The notes under the pieces were generated by a model. It ran no database searches. It was given only the letters and a program-made list of their open reading frames with translations, and was not told the origin of the DNA. Position numbers and translations under genes: made by a program. From Armatimonadota bacterium (GTDB lineage Bacteria; Armatimonadota; Armatimonadia; Armatimonadales; Armatimonadaceae), in contig JAYUUO010000150.1 in the NCBI GenBank assembly GCA_043754515.1, forward strand, positions 1 to 64,000: a DNA stretch of 64,000 nt, read 5' to 3'. Shown piece after piece: positions 54,304-64,000 of this stretch (position 1 is its first letter; each line of letters begins with the position of its first letter).

Positions 54304-57258
54304 TTAGAACCGCGTGTAAACCGACGTCAGAAGGCGGCGCCCGATCTGAACACGACTCGCCTCGTACGCGTTGTACGAGTTGTACCGGTTCCGCTGGTCG
54401 AACGCGTTCTCCACGGATATGTCGAGGCCGAACAGCCGCCGAAAGAAGCGCGGGCTACTCGCCAGGTGAAGGTTCACCTCCGCGATCCCCTGGCGGCTGT
54501 TACTATTCGGCAGGCGCGAGCCGTACAGCCCGCTCCCGAGGTAGGCGCTAAGCCCTACCATATAGCTCGCGCGGAGCCGGTAAGACGCGCCGAAGTTCAG
54601 CGTCTGCTCCTGATCCAGATCCGGGCGGCGGCGCTGCACCTGCCGTCCCAGCGAGTCGAAAGTATAGCCCAGATTTTGGAACTTCACCCCGCCGTTCGTG
54701 TAAGTCGCGAAGGCGGTGAGCGGGTTACCATTCCGAAAGGTCGGATTGTAGTTGTAGGAGATTTCAATCCCTTCGGAGATCGCCCTCGGGTAATTCACCA
54801 AGACTAGCGCCCCCGTACTAAACTGCGCCCCCGGGAAAAGTCCCTCCACGTCCAGGTAGTTCTGGAACTGGATCGTGTAGAAGGTGCCTTTAACGACCTG
54901 ATTCGCGCCCAGCTGTTTCTCCAGCCCCAATTCGTAGGAGTCGCCGGTCTGCGGGCGGATCGCGGAGGCTCCGAAGTAGGTGCCCTGCGACAGCGGGGGC
55001 CTTTGGAAAAGGCGGTCGTACGAAGCGCGTAGCACCGCGCGGCGGGTGCCGACCCCGCCCAGGAAGCCTAGCGGCCCCCGGCGCGGCAGTTGCAGGGCGA
55101 AGTTCAGGCGCGGTGAAATCTCGCCACGATCCGAGCTTGGGCTACCCGCCACGCCCGTCGCGGCGTTGCCGCTCACCCGGTTCAGGCTGAACCCGTCGTA
55201 TCGAATCCCGCTGTTAAGCGTGAGTGCCTGATTGAACGACCATGTGTCCTGTATATAGAGTGCGGAGTAAGTGCCGTCGCGGCGTATCCGAAGCGACGGT
55301 GATTCGGCGGGTAGGCCGGTTTGATAAGCGACGACTCGGTTCCCGAAACCGTCCCGAATTCCGGAAGGGTCCGCCGTCACGCTGGGGGGCAACAGGGAGG
55401 GGCTTCGGGCGTACAGGGCGTCCAGCGCGACCTGACTACCCGGCTCGAACCGGTACCGCTCGTTCAACTGGTAGCTGTTGTACAGTACGCCGCCTTTTAT
55501 GATGTGATTTCTACGCGCCGCCACGACATCCGCTTGTATCTGGATCTGGCTGTAGTCGCGGCGTACAGTCGGATTGTACTCCACCGAACTGTTGCGCCGG
55601 TAGAGAGGACTGTTCGGGTTGGTGAGGTCGCGGGGGTCGAAGTTGCGGTTCGTGTTCTCGAGCCGCACCTGGTTGTCCATGCTACCGATGGTCAGAGTCA
55701 CGGTCGAGTCGGGGTTGGTGACGATGTCCTTCGGGCGGAGCGTCCGGCGGAGCGTGATCAGGGCGAGGTTGTTGTTCTCCTTCTGGTGTTGGCTCTGATA
55801 CTCTTCGTCCTGGGACGGCAACGTCGCGGGGCTCTGCTGGAAGGCACCCGTGTTCTCGACATACCCGAGATAGCCCACGCCCCCGGCGCGGTCCCTGTTC
55901 GCGATGCCGCTCCGCGCCCCGTTGATGTTGATCAGCCCCTCGATCTGTAGCTTAGGGCTGGGCACGAGCTCGAACTTGCCGAACAACGAATTGTTGTAGC
56001 CAGCGTTGTTCAGCGTCGCCTTTTTCTGCGCCGCCTCCGCGATCGCGCTGGTGTTTCGCTGGCTGACGTGGAGTAGATAACCGACGCCCGGCTTCGTCAC
56101 CGTCTCCGCGCCCGGCGCGACGAACGCTCCGCCGATGACCGATTTTCGCGGCTTCGCCCGATCCAGTACCGCCTGCTGGCGCGCGGCGGCGGCGGCGAAG
56201 CGGCCGCCGAGCGGGAATCGCTGGCCGACCGTGATGTATGCCTCGGCACCGTTATAATCGCCGGTGGTTAGCAGTCCCTCGATGGTCGGCGTGGCCCCCG
56301 CCGAGCGGGTCGTTAGATCTACCGCGACGCCCACGTCGCCGCCGTACTCAGCGGACAGGCCGCCGGTTCGTATGTCGTAGCGTGCGATCATCTCCTGCGG
56401 CAGAAAGCCCTGGAGTTCCCCGGCGGGGAGCGACGGCAGAAGAAACCCATCCAAGTACGTCGCTATCCCGAATCGCTGGCCACGCGGATGCACCTGATTG
56501 AGCGAGTTGCGTACGAAGCCGGGCGCGCTAGCAAGGACGTCGTTGATCTCCTGTCGGCTGCTGACGGCGACCGGGATTTCACGGACGAACTGCTGTGAAC
56601 GCCGGACGGTGTTCGTGGTTTCGCGGGTAGACAGCAACGTGAATGGCTCGATCCGCTCGCGAAACCGCAGGTAGACCGTGACCTGTGTGATGCGGTCGGG
56701 GAGCACATCCACCACGGCGCGGCCCGTCTCGTAGCCGTCCTTGAGGACAACTACCACCCATCGGTGGGTGGTGAGTGGGTCGGATATGACGAACCCCGGA
56801 CCGCCGAGAGGACGATTACTCTCGTCGCGCCGCGTGGAGTCGCCGACATAATAGGGAACGGATCGTAGATCGGTCAGGGTCGGGTCGTCGAAGAAGATCG
56901 CCGCGTCGCTCAGGAATTCCTTCGAGATCGCGTCGCGCACGAAAACCCGGACTCTGCCTCGGGGCAACGTGGCCGGCGAGGGGGGGGGCGCGATCGTGGG
57001 CAGGGGGGTCGCTTGCGCGGGCACCGCCGGGGCGTTGGGAGTCTGTGCCAGAGCGGGCGCGGAAGATAGGGCGGCGACCAGAATCGTCAAGGGGAGCGAC
57101 GACAAAGGGCACCGCCCGGCGGACGTTCCCCTTGACGGCACCACGGCCGTTAAACTCACCGAGCGTGACCCCTTATTGCTCCGGTGAGCGGTGGTCGCGG
57201 CGAGTAGTTCGCCCCATGTGGGTAAACCGTGTGTTTCCCCGACGTTCCGAACTCGCAT
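54304..57258 (-). CDS. TonB-dependent receptor-like outer-membrane protein
   Basis: AGGAGG SD before ATG 57258; plug-like APGF..QVHPRG..YLDG..TGGLSAEYG; barrel motifs YIQDTW..LNSGIRYD, ISPRL, SYELG, VENAFD; terminal Phe; upstream of exbBDD-tonB. Confidence 0.85.
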   Translation of the reverse strand: MRVRNVGETHGLPTWGELLAATTAHRSNKGSRSVSLTAVVPSRGTSAGRCPLSSLPLTILVAALSSAPALAQTPNAPAVPAQATPLPTIAPPPSPATLPRGRVRVFVRDAISKEFLSDAAIFFDDPTLTDLRSVPYYVGDSTRRDESNRPLGGPGFVISDPLTTHRWVVVVLKDGYETGRAVVDVLPDRITQVTVYLRFRERIEPFTLLSTRETTNTVRRSQQFVREIPVAVSSRQEINDVLASAPGFVRNSLNQVHPRGQRFGIATYLDGFLLPSLPAGELQGFLPQEMIARYDIRTGGLSAEYGGDVGVAVDLTTRSAGATPTIEGLLTTGDYNGAEAYITVGQRFPLGGRFAAAAARQQAVLDRAKPRKSVIGGAFVAPGAETVTKPGVGYLLHVSQRNTSAIAEAAQKKATLNNAGYNNSLFGKFELVPSPKLQIEGLININGARSGIANRDRAGGVGYLGYVENTGAFQQSPATLPSQDEEYQSQHQKENNNLALITLRRTLRPKDIVTNPDSTVTLTIGSMDNQVRLENTNRNFDPRDLTNPNSPLYRRNSSVEYNPTVRRDYSQIQIQADVVAARRNHIIKGGVLYNSYQLNERYRFEPGSQVALDALYARSPSLLPPSVTADPSGIRDGFGNRVVAYQTGLPAESPSLRIRRDGTYSALYIQDTWSFNQALTLNSGIRYDGFSLNRVSGNAATGVAGSPSSDRGEISPRLNFALQLPRRGPLGFLGGVGTRRAVLRASYDRLFQRPPLSQGTYFGASAIRPQTGDSYELGLEKQLGANQVVKGTFYTIQFQNYLDVEGLFPGAQFSTGALVLVNYPRAISEGIEISYNYNPTFRNGNPLTAFATYTNGGVKFQNLGYTFDSLGRQVQRRRPDLDQEQTLNFGASYRLRASYMVGLSAYLGSGLYGSRLPNSNSRQGIAEVNLHLASSPRFFRRLFGLDISVENAFDQRNRYNSYNAYEASRVQIGRRLLTSVYTRF

Positions 57259-57524
57259 TGGCAATCCTCCTGAGTATTTTCCGCGGTAACCACTTTCGCG
57301 GTCGGCGGCGTCAATTTTATACATGGCGGGGATGAGCATGCAATCCCCGCGCCGACTTCGGCGAACCTATCACCCGTTTGCCGTCATCACTCGGCCTACT
57401 CCCCGCCACGCGACAACCGCGCGGCTCTCGCGATGAGACAACGGCGGTGAGGGAAGCGTTGCTTGGGCGAACCCGAGTCATCACGCGCGGCGAGTAGTCA
57501 TGTGTTCCTTCGTCGCGCGTGCCA

Positions 57525-57554
57525 AGTATACGGTCGCGAGGCGAACCCTGTCAA
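57525..57554 (-). promoter_or_regulatory. Near-consensus sigma70 promoter upstream of the TBDR operon leader
   Basis: Minus strand TTGACA (57554-57549)-18 nt-TATACT (57530-57525). Confidence 0.75.
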
Positions 57555-57734
57555 GCATCGCCCCTACGCGGCCATCCCGTGTTCGGTGAGGACAGCAGAA
57601 CGCGGGAACCGCGTTCGGGGACGCGCGTTGAAGACTTCGGCACACGATACCACGCTTCGGGGCATTTCAAACGTTAATTGTTCCGTCCCTGGGCGCGTAT
57701 CGTGACGTCTGCCACTAGAAAAATATCCAAATCC

Positions 57735-58493
57735 ATGAGCGAAATAATCTACTCCGGCGGCGTCACCCTCGCCGATAAAACGATCCTGATCGCCGGTGCC
57801 ACCGGCGGCATCGGGAGCGTCGCCGCGCTACGACTCGCCCGTCTGGGCGCACGCCTCTTCCTGTCCGGCAGGAGCGAAGCCAAATTGCGCGCCCTGGTCG
57901 GCGAAATCGAGTACGCCACGGGTGCCGAACCCGGCTCCTCGCCAGCCGATCTCGGCGACGCCGAGCAGGTGACACGCCTGATGGGGGAGGCGAGTGCCGC
58001 GTTCGGAGCCGCCCCCGATGTCGTGATCAACGCCGCTGGCGTCGGCGCGATTCGCCCCATCGAGAGTCTAACCCCGGAAGACTTTCAGACGCTGATCGCG
58101 ACGAACCTGCTCGGCGCGATGTATCTGTCGCAGGCGGCGGTACGCGTCATGGCTCCGAGGAAGAGCGGGCACATCCTGCACGTCGTCGGCATCCTGGGCA
58201 AAGCACCGATGGCGAACGCGACGGCATACTGCGCGAGCAAATACGGGCTGACTGGCTTCCTCGCCGCGCTCCGTGCCGAAGTGTCGCGTCGCCATAACAT
58301 CAAAGTAACCGGCCTCTACCTCGGCGGGGTGGACACGCCATTTTATGACAACCCGGCGGTCGAGATGAAAGTGCAACGCGACAAGATGTTGTCCGCGGAC
58401 GACGCGACGAACGCCGTTTTGTACGCCCTCGCCCAACCCGCCCATCTGGTGATGGGCGAAATGACTCTGCAACCCGAGAGTCACCAGTTATAG
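57735..58493 (+). CDS. Short-chain dehydrogenase/reductase
   Basis: GATGGIG, INAAG, NLLG, YCASK. Confidence 0.92.
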   Translation: MSEIIYSGGVTLADKTILIAGATGGIGSVAALRLARLGARLFLSGRSEAKLRALVGEIEYATGAEPGSSPADLGDAEQVTRLMGEASAAFGAAPDVVINAAGVGAIRPIESLTPEDFQTLIATNLLGAMYLSQAAVRVMAPRKSGHILHVVGILGKAPMANATAYCASKYGLTGFLAALRAEVSRRHNIKVTGLYLGGVDTPFYDNPAVEMKVQRDKMLSADDATNAVLYALAQPAHLVMGEMTLQPESHQL

Positions 58494-58537
58494 GAGATGC
58501 GACGGACCGGTGTCGGTGCCCCGACCAGCGTGCTCGG

Positions 58538-59536
58538 TCAGGGCGTACAGCCGTAGGCGGGCTCGAGACACGGCGACCACCACTGCGAATACCCGGCCGG
58601 GCGGCGCGGGTCTTCTGCCTGCCCCGGAACATGGTAAAAACTGGCTGTGGAGGCGGACTTCGCGTGCCCGTCACCCCACAGCACGACGGCTCTGCCCCCA
58701 TGCCGCGCGAGCGGCGCGCCGTACTCCGGCAGATTGATGCCCGGCACCGCGCCCGCGTGGGTGAGGAGGTAGCCGGTGCGCCCCGCCGTGTCTGGCTGAC
58801 CGGGCGCGGGGCTTGATGCCTGTTTCCGGTACCACTTCTCCGGGGCGATGCCCAGTACAGGTGCCGACACGCCGTCGGTTATCATCACCGTCTCGGCTGG
58901 CTTCGCGGTCTGGGGCAGATTACTGCCACCTACAGTGCCGGTGCCGGGAAAAAAAAAGTTGTAGGCGTAAGTGACGGGGTAGCGGACGGCGGGGGTGTCC
59001 CCGGTGCCCGGGGTGTTGCCGAGGTCAGCCGACTCCGACGGGCAACGGAAGATCGCGTTGCTTTTCACGTACGGTTGCAATAGCCGTGCCCAACTGTGCG
59101 TGGTATTTGTCGCGGGTGCCGCCGGGGTGACGCGGTAAAACGCGAGTATGTAAGTCTCGTCGTAATCCTGGCTGTACTGGAGCATCGCAAGCCCGATCTG
59201 CTTCATGTTACTGACGCATGTCGCCTGCCTCGCCTTCTCGCGGGCTTGCGCGAACACCGGAAATAATATCGCGGCGAGGATCGAAATGATCGCGATTACG
59301 ACGAGCAGTTCGATCAGCGTGAATGCGGCTGCCGCATTCGTGAACGCGGAGCGTTTGACGCGGGTAAAACCGCCTCCTCGACAAACGTGGCTTTTATCTG
59401 TCGCGGATTGTGCCCGCGTGAGACCGCACGGGGCGGTATGTACCGGGGTATAGGTCGGCGCGGTGAGCGGGCGTGCCCGCGGCGCGTGGGCTTCGGTTCC
59501 TGGTCTTACGAGCGGCCTGATAAAGTTTGTTCGCAT
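58538..59536 (-). CDS. Prepilin-type / DUF1559 / H-X9-DG protein
   Basis: [62 protein letters not shown]; start uncertain. Confidence 0.9.
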   Translation of the reverse strand: MRTNFIRPLVRPGTEAHAPRARPLTAPTYTPVHTAPCGLTRAQSATDKSHVCRGGGFTRVKRSAFTNAAAAFTLIELLVVIAIISILAAILFPVFAQAREKARQATCVSNMKQIGLAMLQYSQDYDETYILAFYRVTPAAPATNTTHSWARLLQPYVKSNAIFRCPSESADLGNTPGTGDTPAVRYPVTYAYNFFFPGTGTVGGSNLPQTAKPAETVMITDGVSAPVLGIAPEKWYRKQASSPAPGQPDTAGRTGYLLTHAGAVPGINLPEYGAPLARHGGRAVVLWGDGHAKSASTASFYHVPGQAEDPRRPAGYSQWWSPCLEPAYGCTP

Positions 59537-59633
59537 GGGTTGCTGTCGTTTCTATCCGGTTGTCGCGCGGTGGGACGCCGCGCGGGAATATCTGGTCATA
59601 ATATCAGACGCGCCGCCCCCGTCTCGGAACTCC

Positions 59634-60179
59634 TCAGTGTCGCCGACCGCGCCGGAACGGGTTCGCCTTGCGCAGGCCGGTTTGGAGCGCGTCCGCGCCG
59701 ACGTGCATCCCCGTGCCGAGAACCAGACCGACAACCGCCGCGTCGAACAAGCGCGGCTGACGCTTCGGAAAGTCGACCAGCGCGGCGAACGCGGAATCGG
59801 TCATGGCGTTGCGGTTCATCGGTGCCACGAACGCTGCTACCCATGTCCCCGCGCGGAACACGATGTAAGCGATAGCCAGGAAGTAGATCACCCGCAGGAG
59901 CGGTGCCAGCAAAAGCGAATGCGAGAGGAACGAGCGGTGCGGGATCAGTTTCTGGTAGGGCCACCATAGGAAGCGGAGCAAGCCCCAGCGGTGATAGATG
60001 GAGGAGTCGAGGTCCAGATCCGGCGACAGCATCAGCCCGGAAAACAGCGTCGAGACGACGAGAACGGCGCAGGCGGCGTAATCGCCCCGCCAGGCGGGTG
60101 GTGCCATTAGAAGCCACGCGGGCACGCTCAGGGCGGCACCGAAGAGGGTTAATCGGTCGTGTGTTTTGCCGTCCGGCAT
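59634..60179 (-). CDS. DUF2227-family putative metal-binding membrane protein
   Basis: MPDGKTHD, LSPDLD, RWG..WWPY..HRSFLSH, HVGAD. Confidence 0.85.
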   Translation of the reverse strand: MPDGKTHDRLTLFGAALSVPAWLLMAPPAWRGDYAACAVLVVSTLFSGLMLSPDLDLDSSIYHRWGLLRFLWWPYQKLIPHRSFLSHSLLLAPLLRVIYFLAIAYIVFRAGTWVAAFVAPMNRNAMTDSAFAALVDFPKRQPRLFDAAVVGLVLGTGMHVGADALQTGLRKANPFRRGRRH

Positions 60180-60185
60180 GGTGAA

Positions 60186-60689
60186 CTATAGTTTATCATG
60201 GCTTGGGGGGATGTCCGCCACGCGCGGGCGGACGAGGAGCCGGGTCATCAGCGCACCTACACCCGCGCCCAGCAACAGTCCGCCGAATACGTCCCCCGTC
60301 TCGTGGTAACGCAGATACACCAGAGCAAACATCATAAGCGCGGTAGCGGGGACGGCTAGCAGGAGCCATGGTTTGCCGCGGTACGCCACGATGACCGCGG
60401 ACGCGGACGCGGCGAAGGTAGTGTGCCCGGAAGGGAACCCGGAATGCCCCTGCCAAACAACATACCTCTTACCTACTTCGGCGAATACCACGGGTACCGC
60501 GATAGCGACGCAACCGACCGCGCAGAGCCATAGGGCGCGGCGGAGCGAGGCCGCGCGGGTCGCGGGCGTCGCCGATGACAGTGCCGACAGTACCCCCATC
60601 AATATTACGACAAACAACACCGGGTTGATCCCGTTCACCAGCATGTCCATGACACCATGTATGGTCTGAACGTCCAGCAGATTGATCAC
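60186..60689 (-). CDS. PAP2-family phosphatase
   Basis: GFPSGHT, VYLRYHETGDVFGG. Confidence 0.82.
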   Translation of the reverse strand: MINLLDVQTIHGVMDMLVNGINPVLFVVILMGVLSALSSATPATRAASLRRALWLCAVGCVAIAVPVVFAEVGKRYVVWQGHSGFPSGHTTFAASASAVIVAYRGKPWLLLAVPATALMMFALVYLRYHETGDVFGGLLLGAGVGALMTRLLVRPRVADIPPSHDKL

Positions 60690-61213
60690 GCGCCAACCAC
60701 TTTCGGGCGTTCGCGAAATCCGTGCCGCTCGTAGAGCACGACGGCGGTAATTCGTCCCGACGAGGTGATGAGAAACGTCTCCTGGTGGCCGAGGTCGCGC
60801 AGGCGATGCAGGGAGTGCAGAAACAGTGCTTTACCGATGCCGCGGCCCTGGTACGCGGGTAGCACCGCCAGCCAGTGGACGCGCCCCCACCCCGCGAGCG
60901 CGGGGTGGCCTTTGCTCGGTGTCTCCTCGCTCCAAGCCGTCACTGTACCGACCGTGGTGCCCGTCGCCTCGTCCACGGCGAAGTACACCCGCGCGGCCAG
61001 CAGTGCCTCGTCATTACCGAGCGAGTCGCGGAACACGGAGTCGGCGATCTCGTCGAACGGCTCGGCTTCGCGCCAAATGTGCGTCCAAACAGATTCGTCG
61101 CCGGTCTGGTATGCGCTTAAGGCGACGCCGACCGGAAGACCGGCGGGCGGTAGGCCGTTCAGATCGGGGCGTTCCAGTACCAGGGAGCGGTTCGCGGGAT
61201 TTTCGGGGGCCAT
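60686..61213 (-). CDS. GNAT-family acetyltransferase
   Basis: VHWLAVLPAYQGRGIGKAL, AVVLYERHGF. Confidence 0.9.
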   Translation of the reverse strand: MAPENPANRSLVLERPDLNGLPPAGLPVGVALSAYQTGDESVWTHIWREAEPFDEIADSVFRDSLGNDEALLAARVYFAVDEATGTTVGTVTAWSEETPSKGHPALAGWGRVHWLAVLPAYQGRGIGKALFLHSLHRLRDLGHQETFLITSSGRITAVVLYERHGFRERPKVVGA

Positions 61214-61275
61214 ATGTTGTGGTTACGTGCTCACCGGGCGGGCGGTTCCGTAGCCGCCCGCCCCGGCCACCCCGG

Positions 61276-62772
61276 CTAGCCGTAGATCGCCCGGAACTTA
61301 GTGTTCAGATAGCGCAGGTACGAGCGCGACTGCGCGGGTTCCCCGCAGACCCGCTCGACCAGTTCGGCGGGGAAGTAGCGGCGGCCCGGCGCGTGGACGT
61401 TCTCGCGGAGCCAGAGGAGGAGCGAGTCGAACTCGCCCCGCTCCAGGTCGGTCGCGATGTTCGGGTGATCACCGGTCGCCTTATCGTACAGTTGCGACGA
61501 GAGCATAGTACCCAGCGCGTAGGTCGGGAAGTAGCCGAACAGAGCCGCCGACCAGTGGACGTCCTGCAAACAGCCGTTCGCGTCCGAATCCGGCGCGATC
61601 CCGAGATACTCCTCCATCAGTGTGTTCCACGCGCCGGGAACGTCCTTAACCGCGAGTTCCCCCGCGACCATCCGCTTCTCGATCTCGAAGCGTAGCATGA
61701 TGTGTAAACAGTAGGTAGCCTCATCCGCTTCGACCCGTATATAGGACGGCTCCACCTTGTTGATCGCGCGATAAAATGCGTCCACGGAAACGTCGTCCAG
61801 CGTGCCGGGGAACGCCTTCCGCAGGTCGCCGTAGTAGACGTCCCAGAACACGCGGGAGCGGCCAACCAAATTTTCCCAGAGCCGGGATTGTGACTCGTGG
61901 ATGCCGAGCGACGCCGGGCCGGAAAGCGGGGTGAAGTCGTCCTTCATCTGGAAGCCCTGTTCGTAGAGCGCGTGCCCGGTCTCGTGGATCGTGCCCATCA
62001 GCGCGGCGGGTAGCCAGTCGGCCTCGAAGCGTGTCGTGATGCGCACGTCATCTTTGCCGAACGAGGTGCAGAACGGGTGTACAGCCTTGTCCTGCCGCCC
62101 GCGCCTGAAGTCGAACCCCATCTTTTTGATGATCGCCTCGCCGAAGGCGAGTTGACCGGCTTCGGGGAAGCCGCGTCGGAGGGGGGAGTCGTCCTGTTGT
62201 GGGCAGCTCTTGATGTGACGTACCAACTCGACAAGTCCCGCGCGCAGTTCGCCGAAGACACGGTCTACCTCCGCCGTGGTCATCCCCGGCTCGTATTGAT
62301 CCAGCAGGGCGTCGTACGGGTGGGTGACGTAGCCCAGATAATCCGCCTTGCGCCGCGAAAGTTCGAGTAGTTTCTCCAGGGTCGGGGCGAAATGGGCGAA
62401 GTCATTTTCGGCTCGCGCCTTCACCCACACCTCATGCCCCAGCGTCTCGGCTTTGGCTAGTTCGGCGACGAGGCTGGACGGGATTTTCACGGCGAGATCG
62501 TAGTCGCGGCGCACCGCGCGGAGCGTGAGACGCTCGTCAGAGTCCGTGCCTAGGTCCCTCGCTTCCGCCTCGGCGGCGGCAAGCAGAGTGCCGGTTTCGG
62601 TCGCGGTGAATCGCTCGTGCGCAATGGTGCCTAGGACGGCGAGTTGCTCGGCCCGTTCCGCCGTGCCCCCGGTGGGCATGTAGCACTGCTGATCCCACCC
62701 GAGGACGGCGGCGGCACTGGCGATGTGGCCAATCTCTTTGCAACGGGCCATCAATTTATCGTAGTTTTCCAT
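61276..62772 (-). CDS. Carboxypeptidase M32 (Taq-type)
   Basis: WDQQCYMP, HPFC, DVRITTR, HETGHALYEQ, HESQS, IRVEADE, GCLQDVHW, GYFPTY. Confidence 0.96.
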   Translation of the reverse strand: MENYDKLMARCKEIGHIASAAAVLGWDQQCYMPTGGTAERAEQLAVLGTIAHERFTATETGTLLAAAEAEARDLGTDSDERLTLRAVRRDYDLAVKIPSSLVAELAKAETLGHEVWVKARAENDFAHFAPTLEKLLELSRRKADYLGYVTHPYDALLDQYEPGMTTAEVDRVFGELRAGLVELVRHIKSCPQQDDSPLRRGFPEAGQLAFGEAIIKKMGFDFRRGRQDKAVHPFCTSFGKDDVRITTRFEADWLPAALMGTIHETGHALYEQGFQMKDDFTPLSGPASLGIHESQSRLWENLVGRSRVFWDVYYGDLRKAFPGTLDDVSVDAFYRAINKVEPSYIRVEADEATYCLHIMLRFEIEKRMVAGELAVKDVPGAWNTLMEEYLGIAPDSDANGCLQDVHWSAALFGYFPTYALGTMLSSQLYDKATGDHPNIATDLERGEFDSLLLWLRENVHAPGRRYFPAELVERVCGEPAQSRSYLRYLNTKFRAIYG

Positions 62773-63040
62773 GTGGCTATGGTATCATCGGGGGGCGGAA
62801 AAAAGCGTCGCGTGTTGCCAGTTAAAGATAATCAACCGATCCGACCGATCCGAGGTTTGATAAAGAGACGATGCGGGCAATAACATCTGTAAATGCCTCG
62901 ATTAGAAGGCAACGCGCCTGACGAATCCTCTTTCCCCGTGCTTACCTACGACCGACTGTAAATGTTTAGATAAAGGATGGCAGTGCTTGTCAGCACCAAT
63001 CGCTCGAACTAGCGACACCGCCGACGGCGGTGGCGGTTTC

Positions 63041-64000
63041 ATGTCCGGCGCGCCCGATAGTATCGGATCCCCCGCGCCGGGCGACATAGGCAGTGCTCTG
63101 CTAAACTGGCTCAGTGAGCCGGACGGCCCGTCCCGCTGGCGCGGTCTGTGGGGCGAATGGCGACCAGCGGATGGTGACGAGGAGGCCGTCGCGCTCGCGG
63201 CGGAGGGATCGGCACGCCACGAATTGCTCGACGTCCTGACCGCGATTACCGCCGAGTCCGACCAGCGGCTCGCCCTCGCCCTCTGGTACATCCGCGCCCG
63301 CGCCGGTTGGAACATGATGAACCTCCAAACGGGGTACGAGGCGAACGCGGGCTTCTGGAACCTCCCGGCGATCTATGGGCTGTCCGCGCTTTCTACCCTG
63401 ATCGGTTCCATCGAGCCGTTGCTCCCCACGGCGTTCCGAAACATCACGCAGGACTTATGGGCGCAAGCCACGGTGCAGGCGGTGACGCCGGAGCAGATCG
63501 CTCCCCAGGAGTCGGACGAACTCGCGACCGCGCTACCGGTCGGCACCAACTTCGGCGTGCATGGCGAGAATGACGCCCTGCGCGACCGGCTCCAGCAGTT
63601 GCGGCAACTGCTTAACGAACGCGACCGCGAACGTTCCCTGCTCGCGGCGGAGGTTGGCGCGACCGTGGTCGCCGACGCTACGGAAGCTGCCCGCCAGAAG
63701 TTGCGCCGCCTCAACAGCCGCGTTGCGGAGCAGGCCCGCGAGATCGCCCAGTTGCGCATGGAGCGCGACGAGATTGTCGGGCATCTGCCCGGACGCGAAC
63801 CGGCGACCGACGCCGCCGAGAAGATACGCGCCCTGACTCAATCGGTGCGGCAGCTCGAAGGCAGACTCGCTGTGCGGGAGTCGGACCGCCGCTCTTTCGA
63901 GAAAGAACTCGGCACCTCCAGCGCGGAGGACATACTAGCCTACGTTCAGGAGTTGCAGAGTAAGGAGGCGAAACTACGGAACCGCGTTTCCTTGCTACAA
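63041..64000 (+). CDS. Hypothetical coiled-coil protein, truncated by the window end (absent from the ORF track)
   Basis: Open frame MSGAPDSIG..LALALWYIRARAGWNMMNLQ..DALRDRLQQLRQLL..ELGTSSAEDILAYVQEL with no stop; possible TTG start at 62987. Confidence 0.75.
   Translation, partial: MSGAPDSIGSPAPGDIGSALLNWLSEPDGPSRWRGLWGEWRPADGDEEAVALAAEGSARHELLDVLTAITAESDQRLALALWYIRARAGWNMMNLQTGYEANAGFWNLPAIYGLSALSTLIGSIEPLLPTAFRNITQDLWAQATVQAVTPEQIAPQESDELATALPVGTNFGVHGENDALRDRLQQLRQLLNERDRERSLLAAEVGATVVADATEAARQKLRRLNSRVAEQAREIAQLRMERDEIVGHLPGREPATDAAEKIRALTQSVRQLEGRLAVRESDRRSFEKELGTSSAEDILAYVQELQSKEAKLRNRVSLLQ

Noticed and set aside
59320..59380. Three successive (G/A)FT motifs before the pilin helix, suggesting multiple processing sites
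   Set aside because: Only the last has Glu at +5 and a hydrophobic helix; the start codon is also uncertain

Overview
GC-rich bacterial chromosomal segment. It is most consistent with Armatimonadota (inference from two DUF1559/prepilin H-X9-DG proteins, a PEP-CTERM protein, SARP-STAND-TPR regulators, Kdo genes and a TonB system). Housekeeping genes (rtcB, ilvD, aroK, ppk1, pyrE, kdsD/kdsC, M16 and M32 peptidases, tRNA-Ser-GCT) alternate with accessory blocks: a PUA-like/HNH nuclease, a nucleotidyltransferase TA-like pair broken by a tandem duplication, two MITE-like elements, decayed lipoprotein genes, a LacI-controlled DUF1559-ABC-GH43 carbohydrate locus and a TBDR-ExbBDD-TonB operon with a long structured leader. 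The most notable feature is a translationally coupled three-gene operon at 17400-22482: an ECF-sigma-like protein, an anti-sigma-like protein, and a fusion of a Lon-type Ser-Lys protease, a degenerate nucleotide cyclase, a STAND NTPase and TPRs. It looks like a CRISPR-independent, NLR-gated analogue of the CalpL/CalpT/CalpS proteolytic sigma-release cascade. Many genes also appear to be leaderless. All calls were made by eye from motifs; no database searches were run.
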